In this document: positions 20,149 to 30,698 of the stretch, piece after piece
Numbering within the stretch: the stretch's first letter is position 1
Layout: each line of letters starts with the position of its first letter
DNA from: Phyllobacteriaceae bacterium UBA1059
GTDB lineage: Bacteria > Pseudomonadota > Alphaproteobacteria > Rhizobiales > Rhizobiaceae
Length of the DNA stretch: 53,631 bases
Direction: 5' to 3'
Assembly (NCBI GenBank): GCA_002316345.1
Contig: DCDI01000115.1
Coordinates: forward strand, 1-53,631
The notes under the pieces: generated by a model
What the model was told of the DNA's origin: nothing
What the model saw: the letters and a program-made list of their open reading frames with translations, nothing else
The model's database searches: none
Translations under genes and position numbers: made by a program

Positions 20149-21597
20149 ATGAGTCAGTCCGCCAACCGATCGGGCGCCAAGCCGGCCCCGCCCATCAAGG
20201 CGGAGAGGTGGCAACCCGCTTTCGTCAAGCAGAAGGGCGGGACGAAGCATGCGGCCTTGACCGAACTGATCATGGCGGACATCGACTCCGGTGTGCTCAA
20301 GCCGATGGACCGCATGCCGACGCATCGCGATCTTGCCCGCGCGCTTGGCCTTTCCGTGCAGACGGTGAGCCTGGCCTATAAGGAAGCCGAGCGGCTCGGC
20401 TATCTAAGTGGCGAGATCGGGCGCGGCACGTTCGTCAAGGCGCGGGTGACGGACCGCGCCGGGCGCATGATGCTCGATCACAGCCCCAACGAAGTGCTCG
20501 ATCTTTCCATTATCCGCGCTGCCTATCTCGACGCGCATGAAAACGCTTCGCGCGAGATCTTCCGCGAATTGGCCGAAGGCGATGTCGCGGCATTTATGCG
20601 CCCCTGTCGCCCCATCGCCGGTCTCATGCGCCACCGCGAAACCGCGCAGGCGTGGCTGCATCCGCTTGGGCTGACTGCCGGTCCCGAGCGTATTCTCGTC
20701 ACCAATGGAGCCGCGCACGGTATCTTTCTGGCCCTTAGTTGTGTCGTCCGCTCCGGCGATATCGTGCTCTGCGAAAACCTCACCGATCACGGCATCATCG
20801 GTCTGTCCAACGTTCTCGGCTTCAGTTTGAAGGGCCTTCCAACCGATGCGGAAGGCGTGTTGCCGGATGCTCTGGAAGCCGCCTGTGCCGCTGGCGGTGT
20901 GCGCGCGCTTGTACTCATCCCCACCCTCAACAATCCGACCGGCCACGTTGCGGGCGTGGCGCGGCGGCAGGCCATCGCCGCGATTGCGGAGCGCCATGGC
21001 GTCTTTGTTATCGAGGACGAAGTTTACCGCGCACTGATCGAAGACGCCCTACCCTCGATAACGGAAATGCTGCCGGACCTCGGCTTCTTTATCACCAGTT
21101 TCACGAAAACGGTGTTGACCGGTTTGCGTGTTGGCTATCTCGTCGTGCCGCCGGCCTATTCCATACGAGCGGCTTCCATCCTGCGCGTTTCCAGCTGGAG
21201 CGGAACCTATTTGGCGGGCGAGATCGCAAGCCGCTGGGTAGAAAACGGAACAGCGCGTCAGCTGCTTGAAATCCAGCGCGAGGAAGCCTCCGCACGCCAG
21301 GCAATCGCCACCAAAATTCTCAGCGACCACATTGCGTCGACCCATCCGCTCGCACTCTGTGCCTGGCTCAAGGTACCGCCACGCTGGACAGAAGACGGAT
21401 TGGTCCGCTCGCTCGCCAATCAAAACATCGCCGTGACACCATCCGAGCCCTTCATTGCAGGGCCAAGCCACGGCAGCGGCATTCGCATCTGCCTTGGCGG
21501 CCGGCTTAGCCGGGACAGTCTAAAGAAAGCCCTCCTGACTGTGCGACAGGCCTTCGAGCAACTGCCGCCCATCTATGACATAGGCGCTATTGGATAG
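20149..21597 (+). CDS. enuR: MocR/GntR PLP-dependent regulator (EnuR/EhuR-like)
   Basis: N-terminal wHTH (MPTHRDLARALGLSVQTVSLAYKE) plus aminotransferase domain (SFTKTVLTGLRVG); inside the ectoine cluster. Confidence 0.85.
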   Translation: MSQSANRSGAKPAPPIKAERWQPAFVKQKGGTKHAALTELIMADIDSGVLKPMDRMPTHRDLARALGLSVQTVSLAYKEAERLGYLSGEIGRGTFVKARVTDRAGRMMLDHSPNEVLDLSIIRAAYLDAHENASREIFRELAEGDVAAFMRPCRPIAGLMRHRETAQAWLHPLGLTAGPERILVTNGAAHGIFLALSCVVRSGDIVLCENLTDHGIIGLSNVLGFSLKGLPTDAEGVLPDALEAACAAGGVRALVLIPTLNNPTGHVAGVARRQAIAAIAERHGVFVIEDEVYRALIEDALPSITEMLPDLGFFITSFTKTVLTGLRVGYLVVPPAYSIRAASILRVSSWSGTYLAGEIASRWVENGTARQLLEIQREEASARQAIATKILSDHIASTHPLALCAWLKVPPRWTEDGLVRSLANQNIAVTPSEPFIAGPSHGSGIRICLGGRLSRDSLKKALLTVRQAFEQLPPIYDIGAIG

Positions 21598-21606
21598 TCG
21601 AAGATC

Positions 21607-21640
21607 CTTATATTGGATCATTACAATATAAGAATTGACA
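21607..21640 (+). promoter_or_regulatory. Palindromic operator abutting a -35 box upstream of eutB (candidate EnuR site)
   Basis: CTTATATTG-gatcatta-CAATATAAG (perfect 9-bp arms, 21607-21632), then TTGACA at 21635-21640. Confidence 0.65.
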
Positions 21641-21670
21641 TGTTTTCTCTTCGCTCTCAACATGACAATC

Positions 21671-22681
21671 ATGAGGCGAGAAAATCTTTCCCGCATTGCT
21701 GGAAACACGCACCTGCCTGTCGCTCTGACAGACATTCAACGCGCCGCTGCCTGGATCGAAGGCCGTGTGGTCCGCACTCCGCTAGTGCAATCGCCTTCCC
21801 TTTCGCAGCAGAGCGGTCAGCCTGTTTACCTGAAACTCGAAACTTGCCAGCCGATAGGTGCCTTCAAGCTCCGGGGCGCGATGAATGCGATTTTGGCGGT
21901 TGAGCCAGCGTTGCGCCAACGCGGGCTTGTGACGGCCTCCACGGGCAATCACGGGCGGGCTGTCGCTTATGCAGCAAAAGAGCTTGGCGTGCCTGCCACC
22001 ATCTGCATGTCGGCACTTGTTCCAGCAAACAAAGTCGATGCCATCAAGGCCCTCGGTGCTGAAGTCTGTATCACGGGTACGTCTCAGGACGATGCGCAAG
22101 AGGAAGTTGACCGTCTGGTTGAAACGCGTGGTTTTGTGTCGATCCCGCCATTTGACGCGATAGATGTCGTCGCCGGACAAGGCACGATCGGCCTCGAACT
22201 TGTCGAGGATCTGCCTGATCTCGACGCCGTGCTCGTTCCACTGTCCGGCGGTGGTCTCGCTGGCGGCATCGCAGTTGCGGTGAAGGCGCTTCGACCACAG
22301 GCCCGCATCATCGGCATTTCCATGGAGCGAGGCGCGGCGATGCAGGCGTCAATCGCGGCCGGGCGACCGGTTTTCGTTCGCGAGGAAGAAACGCTCGCAG
22401 ACTCGCTCGGCGGCGGGATCGGTCTTGCCAACAGCGTTACGTTCGCGCTTTGCCGCGACCTTCTCGACGAAAACGTTCTTTTGACCGAAGACGAAATCGC
22501 GGCCGGCATCCGACATGCGTTTCTGACGAAAGGCGAAGTTGTCGAGGGAGCGGGCGCTGTCGGCATTGCCGCGATCCTTGCCGGCAAGGTTAGCCTTCAC
22601 GGCCCAACCGCCATCATCGTGTCCGGCGGCAACATCGACCCTGCCCGCCATACGGCGATCATGGAAGGTGCCAGCGCATGA
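21671..22681 (+). CDS. eutB: Hydroxyectoine utilisation dehydratase (threonine dehydratase fold)
   Basis: LKLETCQPIGAFKLRGA, ASTGNHG, PLSGGGL; start codon uncertain (21662 or 21671). Confidence 0.88.
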   Translation: MRRENLSRIAGNTHLPVALTDIQRAAAWIEGRVVRTPLVQSPSLSQQSGQPVYLKLETCQPIGAFKLRGAMNAILAVEPALRQRGLVTASTGNHGRAVAYAAKELGVPATICMSALVPANKVDAIKALGAEVCITGTSQDDAQEEVDRLVETRGFVSIPPFDAIDVVAGQGTIGLELVEDLPDLDAVLVPLSGGGLAGGIAVAVKALRPQARIIGISMERGAAMQASIAAGRPVFVREEETLADSLGGGIGLANSVTFALCRDLLDENVLLTEDEIAAGIRHAFLTKGEVVEGAGAVGIAAILAGKVSLHGPTAIIVSGGNIDPARHTAIMEGASA

Positions 22682-23691
22682 GCCGTGTCCGCATCCTCCT
22701 GGAAAAAGACCTGCGAGCCGTCGTCAAGCTCGATCTCTCGGCCGTCGACTGCGTGGAACAGGCGTTTGCAGCTCTTGCAACGAAACCCGTCGCGATGCCG
22801 CCGGTTTTGCGTCTCGACATACCGGAATTTCGCGGCGAAGTGGATGTAAAGACCGCTTATGTGCCCGGCTTTGACGGTTTTGCCATCAAAGTCAGCCCCG
22901 GTTTCTTCGACAATCCCAAACTCGGCCTTCCAAGCTTGAACGGATTGATGATCCTGTTCAGTTCCCGAACCGGCCTGGTGGAAGCCTTGCTTCTGGACAA
23001 CGGCTATCTCACGGATGTGCGTACGGCTGCGGCTGGTGGGGTCGCAGCCAGACATCTTGCACGCGAGAATGCCCGCAGTGCAGCAATTCTGGGCGCAGGC
23101 ATGCAGGCACGATTGCAGCTTGAGGCCCTCACGCTCGTGCGGCCGATCCGGGAAGCGCGTATCTGGGCGCGCGATCTGGAAAAGGCACAAAGGCTTGCCG
23201 GCGCGTTTTCGCGGGAACACGGGATCGAAGTCACTGCCGTGGCCGACGCGCAGGACGCGATCGCCGGCGCCGATATCATCGTCACCACGACACCGGCCGA
23301 GAAACCGATCCTGTTGGCCCGCTGGCTGGAGAGCGGCCAGCATCTCACCACGATGGGGTCGGACGCCGAGCACAAGAACGAGATCGACCCGGACGTCTTC
23401 GAACGCGCGATCTATATTGCCGATCGCCTGGCGCAAACGCGCAGCCTGGGCGAACTGCATCACGCGATCGAAGCCGGCATCGTCAAGCCCGACCAGAGCT
23501 TTGATGAACTCGGTGCCGTGATTGCCGGGACGGCGAAAGGCCGTCTTCGCGAAGACGATATCACCATTGCCGACCTGACGGGAACCGGCGTTCAGGACAC
23601 CGCCATCGCCAATCTCGCCCTGACCCGCGCAAAGAATGCAGGCAGCGGACAGACGATCGAAAATAACACGACAATGGGAGATGCAGCGTGA
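22678..23691 (+). CDS. eutC: Cyclodeaminase-family ectoine utilisation protein
   Basis: Ornithine cyclodeaminase motifs LTDVRTAAAG, GAGMQA, DLTGTGVQD; ATGA overlap with eutB. Confidence 0.9.
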   Translation: MSRVRILLEKDLRAVVKLDLSAVDCVEQAFAALATKPVAMPPVLRLDIPEFRGEVDVKTAYVPGFDGFAIKVSPGFFDNPKLGLPSLNGLMILFSSRTGLVEALLLDNGYLTDVRTAAAGGVAARHLARENARSAAILGAGMQARLQLEALTLVRPIREARIWARDLEKAQRLAGAFSREHGIEVTAVADAQDAIAGADIIVTTTPAEKPILLARWLESGQHLTTMGSDAEHKNEIDPDVFERAIYIADRLAQTRSLGELHHAIEAGIVKPDQSFDELGAVIAGTAKGRLREDDITIADLTGTGVQDTAIANLALTRAKNAGSGQTIENNTTMGDAA

Positions 23692-24866
23692 GTGTAACGC
23701 TGAACTTTACGCGCGAGGAATATGCGACGCGCCTCGCCAAGACGCGCGCTGCGATGGAACGGGCGGGGATCGAGGTGCTGATCGTCACCGATCCCTCGAA
23801 CATGCACTGGCTGACCGGCTATGACGGCTGGTCCTTCTACGTGCACCAATGCGTTCTGGTGCCGCCGAGCGGGGAGCCGGTCTGGTTTGGCCGCAAGCAG
23901 GATGCCAACGGCGCTAAGCGGACCGCCTATCTCGCGCAAGAGAACATCGTCGGCTATGCCGACCATTACGTCCAGTCCACCGAGCGGCACCCGATGGACT
24001 ACCTCTCGCAGATCATCGGCGACCGGGGCTGGGACAAGCTCGTCATCGGCGTCGAGATGGACAATTACTACTTCTCGGCAGCCGCTTACGCTTCACTGCA
24101 GACCCATCTGCCCAATGCGCGTTTCAAGGACGCGGCAGGCCTGGTAAACTGGCAGCGCGCCGTGAAAAGCGCGATCGAGCTCGACTATATGCGCAAGGCC
24201 GGACGCATCGTCGAGCTGATGCACAAGCGGATCGTCGACGTGATTGAGCCCGGCATGCGCAAATGCGATCTCGTGGCCGAAATCTACGATGCGGGCATTC
24301 GCGGCACGTCTGAGTTCGGAGGTGATTATCCGGCCATAGTGCCGCTGCTTCCCTCGGGCGCCGATGCGTCCGCCCCGCATCTCACCTGGGACGACAAGCC
24401 GATGCGGACCGGTGAAGGCACCTTCTTCGAGATTGCCGGCGCCTATAAGCGCTATCACTGCCCGCTGTCGCGCACCGTCTTTTTGGGCAAGCCGACACCG
24501 GCTTTTCTCGAAGCGGAGAAGGCGACGCTTGAAGGCATGGAGGCCGGGCTCGCAGCCGCCAGACCCGGCAATACCTGCGAGGATATCGCAAACGCCTTCT
24601 TCGCCGTGCTGAAGACCTATGGGATCATCAAGGACAACCGCACCGGCTATCCGATCGGCCTGTCCTATCCGCCGGACTGGGGCGAGCGCACTATGAGCCT
24701 GCGGCCGGGTGATCGCACCGAACTGAAGCCGGGCATGACCTTCCATTTCATGACGGGGCTATGGCTGGACGACATGGGGCTGGAGATCACCGAAAGCATC
24801 GCGATCACCGAAACGGGGGTGGAGTGCCTGTCCAACGTGCCGCGTCAGCTCTTCGTCAAGGGATAG
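23688..24866 (+). CDS. eutD: Ectoine hydrolase (M24 fold, DoeA)
   Basis: WLTGYDGWSFYVHQ, YVQSTERHPMD, GLSYPPDWGERT. Confidence 0.93.
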   Translation: MSVTLNFTREEYATRLAKTRAAMERAGIEVLIVTDPSNMHWLTGYDGWSFYVHQCVLVPPSGEPVWFGRKQDANGAKRTAYLAQENIVGYADHYVQSTERHPMDYLSQIIGDRGWDKLVIGVEMDNYYFSAAAYASLQTHLPNARFKDAAGLVNWQRAVKSAIELDYMRKAGRIVELMHKRIVDVIEPGMRKCDLVAEIYDAGIRGTSEFGGDYPAIVPLLPSGADASAPHLTWDDKPMRTGEGTFFEIAGAYKRYHCPLSRTVFLGKPTPAFLEAEKATLEGMEAGLAAARPGNTCEDIANAFFAVLKTYGIIKDNRTGYPIGLSYPPDWGERTMSLRPGDRTELKPGMTFHFMTGLWLDDMGLEITESIAITETGVECLSNVPRQLFVKG

Positions 24867-24869
24867 GTC

Positions 24870-25883
24870 ATGCTGACCAGCGCCCCTCGCCCCTCCCCTG
24901 TGACCGCTACCCTAGACCTCGATGCACAGGGCGTGCAGCACGGACATCTGCGCCTGCCTTATAGTCGCGACGACAGCGCTTGGGGCTCGATCATGATCCC
25001 GATTTGCGTCGTCGCCAACGGCAGTGGACCGACCGCCCTTTTGACCGGCGGCAATCATGGCGACGAGTATGAGGGACCGGCTGCCCTGTTCGAGTTGGCC
25101 CAGACGCTTGATCCCAGCCAGGTCGACGGCCGGATCATCATCGTTCCCGCGCTCAACTATCCGGCGTTCCGCGCCGGCACGCGCACCTCGCCGATCGATC
25201 GCGGGAATCTCAATCGCAGCTTTCCGGGCAGACCCGACGGCACGGTGACCGAGAAAATCGCGGACTATATCACCCGCCATCTGATCCCGCTGGCCGATAT
25301 CGTTCTCGACTTCCATTCCGGCGGCAGGACTCTCGATTTCTTGCCCTATGCCGCAGCCCACGCCTTGCCGGATAAGGATCAGGAAACCCGCTGCTTTGCA
25401 GCGGTTGAAGCCTTCGCCGCGCCCTATTCCATGAAGATGCTGGAAATCGATGCCGTCGGCATGCTCGACACGACAGTCGAGGAGATGGGCAAGGTCTTCG
25501 TCACGACGGAACTTGGCGGCGCGGGAACGGCAACAGCCAACTCCATCGACATTGCCCGGCGGGGAACACTGAACGTCCTGCGCCATGCCGGCATCCTTGC
25601 CGGCACCCCGGACCATCAAGACACGCGCTGGCTGGATATGCCTTCCAGCGATTGCTTCACCTTTGCGGAAGATGACGGACTGATCGCCTTCGCCCTTGAT
25701 CTCGGGCAGCCGGTGAAAACCGGCGAGATCATCGCGCGGGTCTATCCCATCGGTAGAACGGGCCTGGTGCCAACCGAATACCGGGCCGCCATAGACGGGG
25801 TTCTCGCAGCCCGCCACGTACCGGGCCTCATTAAGGCCGGCGACTGCCTTTCCGTTATCGCCACGATCACGGAGCATCCCTGA
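24870..25883 (+). CDS. eutE: N-alpha-acetyl-diaminobutyrate deacetylase (DoeB)
   Basis: GGNHGDEYEG, NLNRSFPG, DFHSGG (aspartoacylase/AstE family). Confidence 0.93.
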   Translation: MLTSAPRPSPVTATLDLDAQGVQHGHLRLPYSRDDSAWGSIMIPICVVANGSGPTALLTGGNHGDEYEGPAALFELAQTLDPSQVDGRIIIVPALNYPAFRAGTRTSPIDRGNLNRSFPGRPDGTVTEKIADYITRHLIPLADIVLDFHSGGRTLDFLPYAAAHALPDKDQETRCFAAVEAFAAPYSMKMLEIDAVGMLDTTVEEMGKVFVTTELGGAGTATANSIDIARRGTLNVLRHAGILAGTPDHQDTRWLDMPSSDCFTFAEDDGLIAFALDLGQPVKTGEIIARVYPIGRTGLVPTEYRAAIDGVLAARHVPGLIKAGDCLSVIATITEHP

Positions 25884-25952
25884 CAACCCAGATGCCTGAC
25901 CTTGCGAGATCCGAAAACGGACCGCGACAACAATCAACCAGAGGAGAATGAC

Positions 25953-26804
25953 ATGCAAATCTCGAAGATCACCGGACTGTCCGCCCTGGCACTGGCCATC
26001 GGCCTTACCTCCGCCAGCGCCCTGACCCTCGATGAGGTAAAGGAACAAGGCTATATTCGCGCCGCGACCGCCAACGAAGTCCCTTATTCCTTTATGCAGC
26101 CCGACGGCACTTCGGCCGGCATCGGTCCTGACGTCGCGACCGCTGTCTTCAAGTCGATCGGCGTTGAAGAGATCAACTGGACGGTCACCCCGTTCGGTAC
26201 GCTCATTCCTGGTCTCAAGGCCAAGCGCTTCGACTTCGCTGCCGCCGAGCAGAACATCTCGGCCGAACGTTGCAAGCAGGTCGCCTTTTCCGAGCCGAAT
26301 TCGTCTTATGGCGAAGGGCTGCTCGTAAAGAAGGGCAACCCGAAGAAGCTGACGACATATGCTGATATCGCCAAAGACCCGTCTCTGAAGGTCGCAGTTG
26401 TTTCGGGCGCAAACAATGTCGATTTCCTGCGTGCCGTCGGCGTTAAGGACGATCAGATCGTCTTCATTCCCGCCAATGCCGATGCGATCCCGACCGTTCA
26501 AAGTCGCGTCGATGCCTATGCCGCCACCGAGTTGACGGTTTCCGAGCTCGCCAAGGACCAGACGAATGTCGAGCAGGTTGCGCCTTTCACCGATCCGATC
26601 GTGAAGGATACGCCGGTGCGCAACTATGGCGGCTTTGCCTTCCGCCCCGAGGACAAGGAGTTGCGTGACGCCTTCAACGCGGCATTGGTCGAGTTCCGCA
26701 AGACGGACGAATACAAGACCATCCTGGGCAAATACGGCCTGTCGGAGCAGAGCATTGCCGCTGCGGCCGAGAAGACCGTCGCCGACCTCTGCGCAGGCAA
26801 GTAA
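25953..26804 (+). CDS. ehuB: Ectoine/hydroxyectoine ABC substrate-binding protein
   Basis: Signal peptide, ANEVPYSF, FGTLIPGLKAKRFD; GAGGAG RBS. Confidence 0.88.
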   Translation: MQISKITGLSALALAIGLTSASALTLDEVKEQGYIRAATANEVPYSFMQPDGTSAGIGPDVATAVFKSIGVEEINWTVTPFGTLIPGLKAKRFDFAAAEQNISAERCKQVAFSEPNSSYGEGLLVKKGNPKKLTTYADIAKDPSLKVAVVSGANNVDFLRAVGVKDDQIVFIPANADAIPTVQSRVDAYAATELTVSELAKDQTNVEQVAPFTDPIVKDTPVRNYGGFAFRPEDKELRDAFNAALVEFRKTDEYKTILGKYGLSEQSIAAAAEKTVADLCAGK

Positions 26805-26812
26805 GCACGGTT

Positions 26813-26839
26813 GAGCGCCCGGTTTCTGGCCGGGCGTTC
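26813..26839 (+). terminator. Stem-loop after ehuB (partial terminator or mRNA stabiliser)
   Basis: GAGCGCCCGG-tttctgg-CCGGGCGTTC, with no U-tract. Confidence 0.5.
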
Positions 26840-26868
26840 CTGCGACCTCATGAACGGGAGCGCTCCAG

Positions 26869-27534
26869 ATGACCTGGACTGCCTACCTGCCGATGCTTTG
26901 GCAAGGCGCGGTCGTGACGATGACGATCACGCTGGCTGCCATTATCCTGGGCGTCATCCTCGCCTTCGTATTCGGCATTCTGCGCGTCGAAGGCGGGCCA
27001 ATTCTGTCGAAAATCGCCCTTTGCTATACCGAAGTGTTCCGGGGCACTTCGCTTCTTGTGCAGCTGTTCTGGTTCTATTATGCGCTGCCGCTGGTCGGCC
27101 TGAGCTTTGATCCGATAACGACCGGCATCCTCGTGCTGGCAGCCCATGCCGGCGGTTACGGTTCCGAAATCGTACGCGGTGCGCTGTCTTCGGTTTCGGT
27201 GCAACAACTGGAAGCGGCACGCGCGCTCAACTTCAACCGCTTACAGACCCTGTTCCGTATCTCGCTGCCGCAGGCTGTGGTGGAGATGATGCCGGCCTTC
27301 GGCAATCTGACGATCGAGACACTGAAACTGTCGTCGCTCGTGTCGCTGATCTCGATCGCCGACCTCACCTTCTCGGCCCAATCGATCCGCAACATCACGC
27401 TCGATAGCACAAGCATCTATTCGGTGACGCTGCTTTGCTATTTCGCGATGTCGCTGATGCTGATGGTCGTGGTGCGCGTGATCGAGCACATGGTCAGGCG
27501 CGGCAACGCCTTTCCGCGCGCGGCACATTCGTGA
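26869..27534 (+). CDS. ehuC: Ectoine ABC permease
   Basis: Polar amino-acid permease motifs FRGTSLLVQLFW and QLEAARAL. Confidence 0.88.
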   Translation: MTWTAYLPMLWQGAVVTMTITLAAIILGVILAFVFGILRVEGGPILSKIALCYTEVFRGTSLLVQLFWFYYALPLVGLSFDPITTGILVLAAHAGGYGSEIVRGALSSVSVQQLEAARALNFNRLQTLFRISLPQAVVEMMPAFGNLTIETLKLSSLVSLISIADLTFSAQSIRNITLDSTSIYSVTLLCYFAMSLMLMVVVRVIEHMVRRGNAFPRAAHS

Positions 27535-27547
27535 AGGGGCTCCTACC

Positions 27548-28240
27548 ATGATGTACGGCTATGAATGGGACACGACGACGTGGCTGACCTACGCCACTTC
27601 CATCCTGCCCATCATCCTGATCGGCCTGACTGTGACCCTGAAGGCAGCGGCGGCCGGCTTCGCCATCGCACTCGTTCTCGGCCTTGTCTTCGCGCTGCTG
27701 CGCCGCAGCCGGATCAAGGCCATATCCTGGACAACCGCCGTAGTCGTCGAGTTCCTGCGCGACACGCCGCTCCTCGTTCAACTGTTCTTCCTTTACTACG
27801 TGCTGCCGGATTTCGGGATCGTCCTTCCCGCATTTCTGACCGGCGCGTTGGCGCTGGGCCTGCAATATGCGGCCTATACATCCGAAGTCTATCGCGGCGG
27901 CATCGAGGCCGTGCCGCGCGGGCAATGGGAAGCCGCGACGGCCCTCAACATGACGCGAATGCAGACCTACAGCGATATCGTCGTGCCGCAGGCCGTGCCG
28001 CGCATCCTGCCCGCCATGGGCAACTACCTCGTCGCCATGATCAAGGAAACGCCGGTGCTGTCGGTGGTGACCGTGCTCGAGATGATGGGCTTGGCCAACA
28101 TGATCAGCGAGCGCACCTTCGAATATCTGGTTCCGCTCACCATGGTCGGCCTTATCTTTCTTCTTCTCACGCTCGTTTGCTCGGCTGCCCTCCACCGCCT
28201 GCAACTCGCACTTCCCAAGGCAGGGATACCCCTCAAATGA
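27548..28240 (+). CDS. ehuD: Ectoine ABC permease
   Basis: [28 protein letters not shown]. Confidence 0.88.
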   Translation: MMYGYEWDTTTWLTYATSILPIILIGLTVTLKAAAAGFAIALVLGLVFALLRRSRIKAISWTTAVVVEFLRDTPLLVQLFFLYYVLPDFGIVLPAFLTGALALGLQYAAYTSEVYRGGIEAVPRGQWEAATALNMTRMQTYSDIVVPQAVPRILPAMGNYLVAMIKETPVLSVVTVLEMMGLANMISERTFEYLVPLTMVGLIFLLLTLVCSAALHRLQLALPKAGIPLK

Positions 28241-29016
28241 CCGATAAACCCTCCCAGCCGATCATCGAATTTTCAAACGTCACTAAGCGCTTCGGGACGC
28301 TGACCGTTCTCGACGACTTCAACTTCAAGGTCGCAAAGGGCGAAAAGGTCACGTTGATCGGCCCGTCCGGCTCGGGCAAGTCGACCGTGTTGCGCATCCT
28401 GATGACGCTCGAGCCGTTCCAGGAGGGCAGGTTGGCACTTGCCGGCATGTCGTACCACGAACCGACCGGAAAAGGACCGTTCAAGGCGTCGGAGAAGCAC
28501 CTACATCAAATCCGAAGCCATGTCGGAATGGTGTTCCAGAGCTTCAACCTGTTTCCGCATATGACGGCGCTGCGCAATGTGGTGGAAGCGCCCGTTCGCG
28601 TCCTCGGCCTGCCGCGTGGCGAAGCTGAGTGCCGCGCGGTCGATCTCCTGGCCATGGTCGGTTTGGCCGATAAGAAGGACCACTATCCCTCCCAACTTTC
28701 TGGTGGCCAGCAGCAACGCGTCGCTATCGCCCGCGCGCTCGCCATGCGGCCGCGCGTGCTCTTGTTCGACGAACCAACTTCAGCGCTCGATCCTCAACTC
28801 GTCGGCGAGGTGCTTTCTGTTATCCGCGGCCTCGCCCACGAACACGACCTCACCATGCTGCTCGTCACGCATGAGATGCGGTTTGCCCGCGAAGTGTCCG
28901 ACCGTGTCTGCTTCTTCGATAAAGGCCGCATCTGCGAGGAAGGTGAGCCAAATGCGATCTTCGGAGCGCCGCAAGAGGAGCGAACGCGCGAGTTCCTGCA
29001 GTCAGTCCTGAGCTAG
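28237..29016 (+). CDS. ehuA: Ectoine ABC ATP-binding protein
   Basis: [22 protein letters not shown]; true start at ATG 28237, overlapping the ehuD stop. Confidence 0.9.
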   Translation: MTDKPSQPIIEFSNVTKRFGTLTVLDDFNFKVAKGEKVTLIGPSGSGKSTVLRILMTLEPFQEGRLALAGMSYHEPTGKGPFKASEKHLHQIRSHVGMVFQSFNLFPHMTALRNVVEAPVRVLGLPRGEAECRAVDLLAMVGLADKKDHYPSQLSGGQQQRVAIARALAMRPRVLLFDEPTSALDPQLVGEVLSVIRGLAHEHDLTMLLVTHEMRFAREVSDRVCFFDKGRICEEGEPNAIFGAPQEERTREFLQSVLS

Positions 29017-29056
29017 ATGGTTGTGACAGCATAACCTTTAATCTGTCACCAAACAG

Positions 29057-29659
29057 CTAGTCCGGTGCGTTCACGACGGGGCCGCCGGGTGCGAAGTTGA
29101 ACACTTCCAGCCGCATATCCTGTTCGTTCGGCTTCCTCGCCAGGAGCGTGAGGCTCGCCGGTCCGACCGGTATGATCCGGTGAGGTTCGAGTTGCAGCAG
29201 CGTTTGCAAAAGCGCTCGAATGACGCCGCCGTGGCATACCACGAGAAGCCGATCCGCGGTCTTCATTGAGGATCGCACAGCCAAGGCGGTACGGGTGGCG
29301 AAGGTCTGCCAGACCTCCCCGCCCGGCGGCGCGAAGGTGCCGGCGCGCCATCCACGGTAACCGTCGGGATCGGCCGCGATGATGTCGGCGATAGACTTAC
29401 CGGTCCAGTCACCCACGTCGATCTCACGCAACCGCGCGTCGCAAACGGCGTTTGGGAAACCCAGCAGTTCGGCGGTTCTCTTTGCTCGGCAGAGGTCCGA
29501 CGTAATTACCTGATCCGGCGCAAGCTGAGCAATGGTTGAAGCCAGGCCAGCAGCTTGCGCCTCGCCTTTAGATGAAAGGCGAATATCCGCCTGCCCCTGT
29601 AAGCGGCGCACGGCGTTCCACTCGGACTCACCATGGCGGACGAGGAGAAGGCGTTTCAT
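29057..29659 (-). CDS. Histidine phosphatase (phosphoglycerate mutase family)
   Basis: LVRHGES and VCHGG motifs. Confidence 0.9.
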   Translation of the reverse strand: MKRLLLVRHGESEWNAVRRLQGQADIRLSSKGEAQAAGLASTIAQLAPDQVITSDLCRAKRTAELLGFPNAVCDARLREIDVGDWTGKSIADIIAADPDGYRGWRAGTFAPPGGEVWQTFATRTALAVRSSMKTADRLLVVCHGGVIRALLQTLLQLEPHRIIPVGPASLTLLARKPNEQDMRLEVFNFAPGGPVVNAPD

Positions 29660-30690
29660 GAAAGCCGCTCCCCGCTTTGTGCAAAGAGCGCGGCAGGCAT
29701 GTTGGGCAACCGAAAATGCACCTTGTCTCCCACCTGCAGGCGCGGCGCGCCGTCAACGACTGCGGTCATGCGCAGCGTGCCTCGCGTTCCCGTCAGCATG
29801 GTGCGGCCAGCAACCGGGCTGGCTTCTGCAAAGTCGAAAGCGAGACTGTCGTCCGACCCCTCTCCAGCGGTGAGTAGATCCTCGGGTCGGTACATTGCTA
29901 AGGCTTCCTTCGGCAGTCCGTCCATGCGCGTCGAGGGCAAGGTGTTGACGGGCACAAGATTGGCGGGCGGCGTTCCAACAAAGGTCGCAACGAAGGCCGT
30001 GGATGGGTTGGCCACCAGTTCCTCTGGTGATCCGAACTGCTCGACCTTGCCATTGTTCAAGACAGCGACATGAGTTGCCATGGTCATCGCCTCGACCTGA
30101 TCATGGGTCACGTAGACCGACGTCGCTCTGGTCGCGCGATGGACGCGCAGGAGTTCCGTCCGCATCTCGACCCGCAGCTTGGCATCGAGGTTGGAGAGCG
30201 GCTCATCGAACAGGAGAATAGCCGGACGCGGCGCGATCATACGCGCGATGGCGACGCGCTGTTGCTGCCCGCCGGAAATCTCATTGGGATACCGTGCTGA
30301 AAGAGCCTCGATACCAAGCATGCGCAGCACTTCGGCCACACGAGACTGCCGCTCGGCCTTGCCCATCTTGGCGACCTTGAGAGGCCAATCGACATTGCCC
30401 GCTACCGTCATATGCGGCCACAACGCATAAGACTGAAACACGAGCCCCGTATCGCGCCTGGATGGGTCGATGACCCAGCCGCGGTCGCCATCCGACACGA
30501 TGTTGGAGCCGAACTGCACTGTGCCGCTGGTCGGACGCTCGAGGCCCGCAAGCATGCGCAGCATGGTCGATTTCCCGCAGCCTGAAGGCCCGACAAGAAC
30601 GAGGAACGAGCCTTGCGGAACCTCAAGGGAAATGTGGTCCACGGCCTTGAACACGCCGAAGGATTTGGTGAGATTGTGTATCCGGATCAT
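29656..30690 (-). CDS. ABC transporter ATP-binding protein (PotA/FbpC-like)
   Basis: GPSGCGKS, ISGGQQQ, LLFDEP. Confidence 0.92.
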   Translation of the reverse strand: MIRIHNLTKSFGVFKAVDHISLEVPQGSFLVLVGPSGCGKSTMLRMLAGLERPTSGTVQFGSNIVSDGDRGWVIDPSRRDTGLVFQSYALWPHMTVAGNVDWPLKVAKMGKAERQSRVAEVLRMLGIEALSARYPNEISGGQQQRVAIARMIAPRPAILLFDEPLSNLDAKLRVEMRTELLRVHRATRATSVYVTHDQVEAMTMATHVAVLNNGKVEQFGSPEELVANPSTAFVATFVGTPPANLVPVNTLPSTRMDGLPKEALAMYRPEDLLTAGEGSDDSLAFDFAEASPVAGRTMLTGTRGTLRMTAVVDGAPRLQVGDKVHFRLPNMPAALFAQSGERLS

Positions 30691-30698
30691 GACAGGAC

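Noticed and set aside
24912..26501. 529-aa minus-strand ORF
   Set aside because: Antisense to eutE and ehuB; typical GC-rich shadow frame.
27565..28236. Apparent 483-aa EhuA with a long N-terminal extension
   Set aside because: The extension overlaps ehuD out of frame and is low-complexity Arg/His-rich; the real start is 28237.
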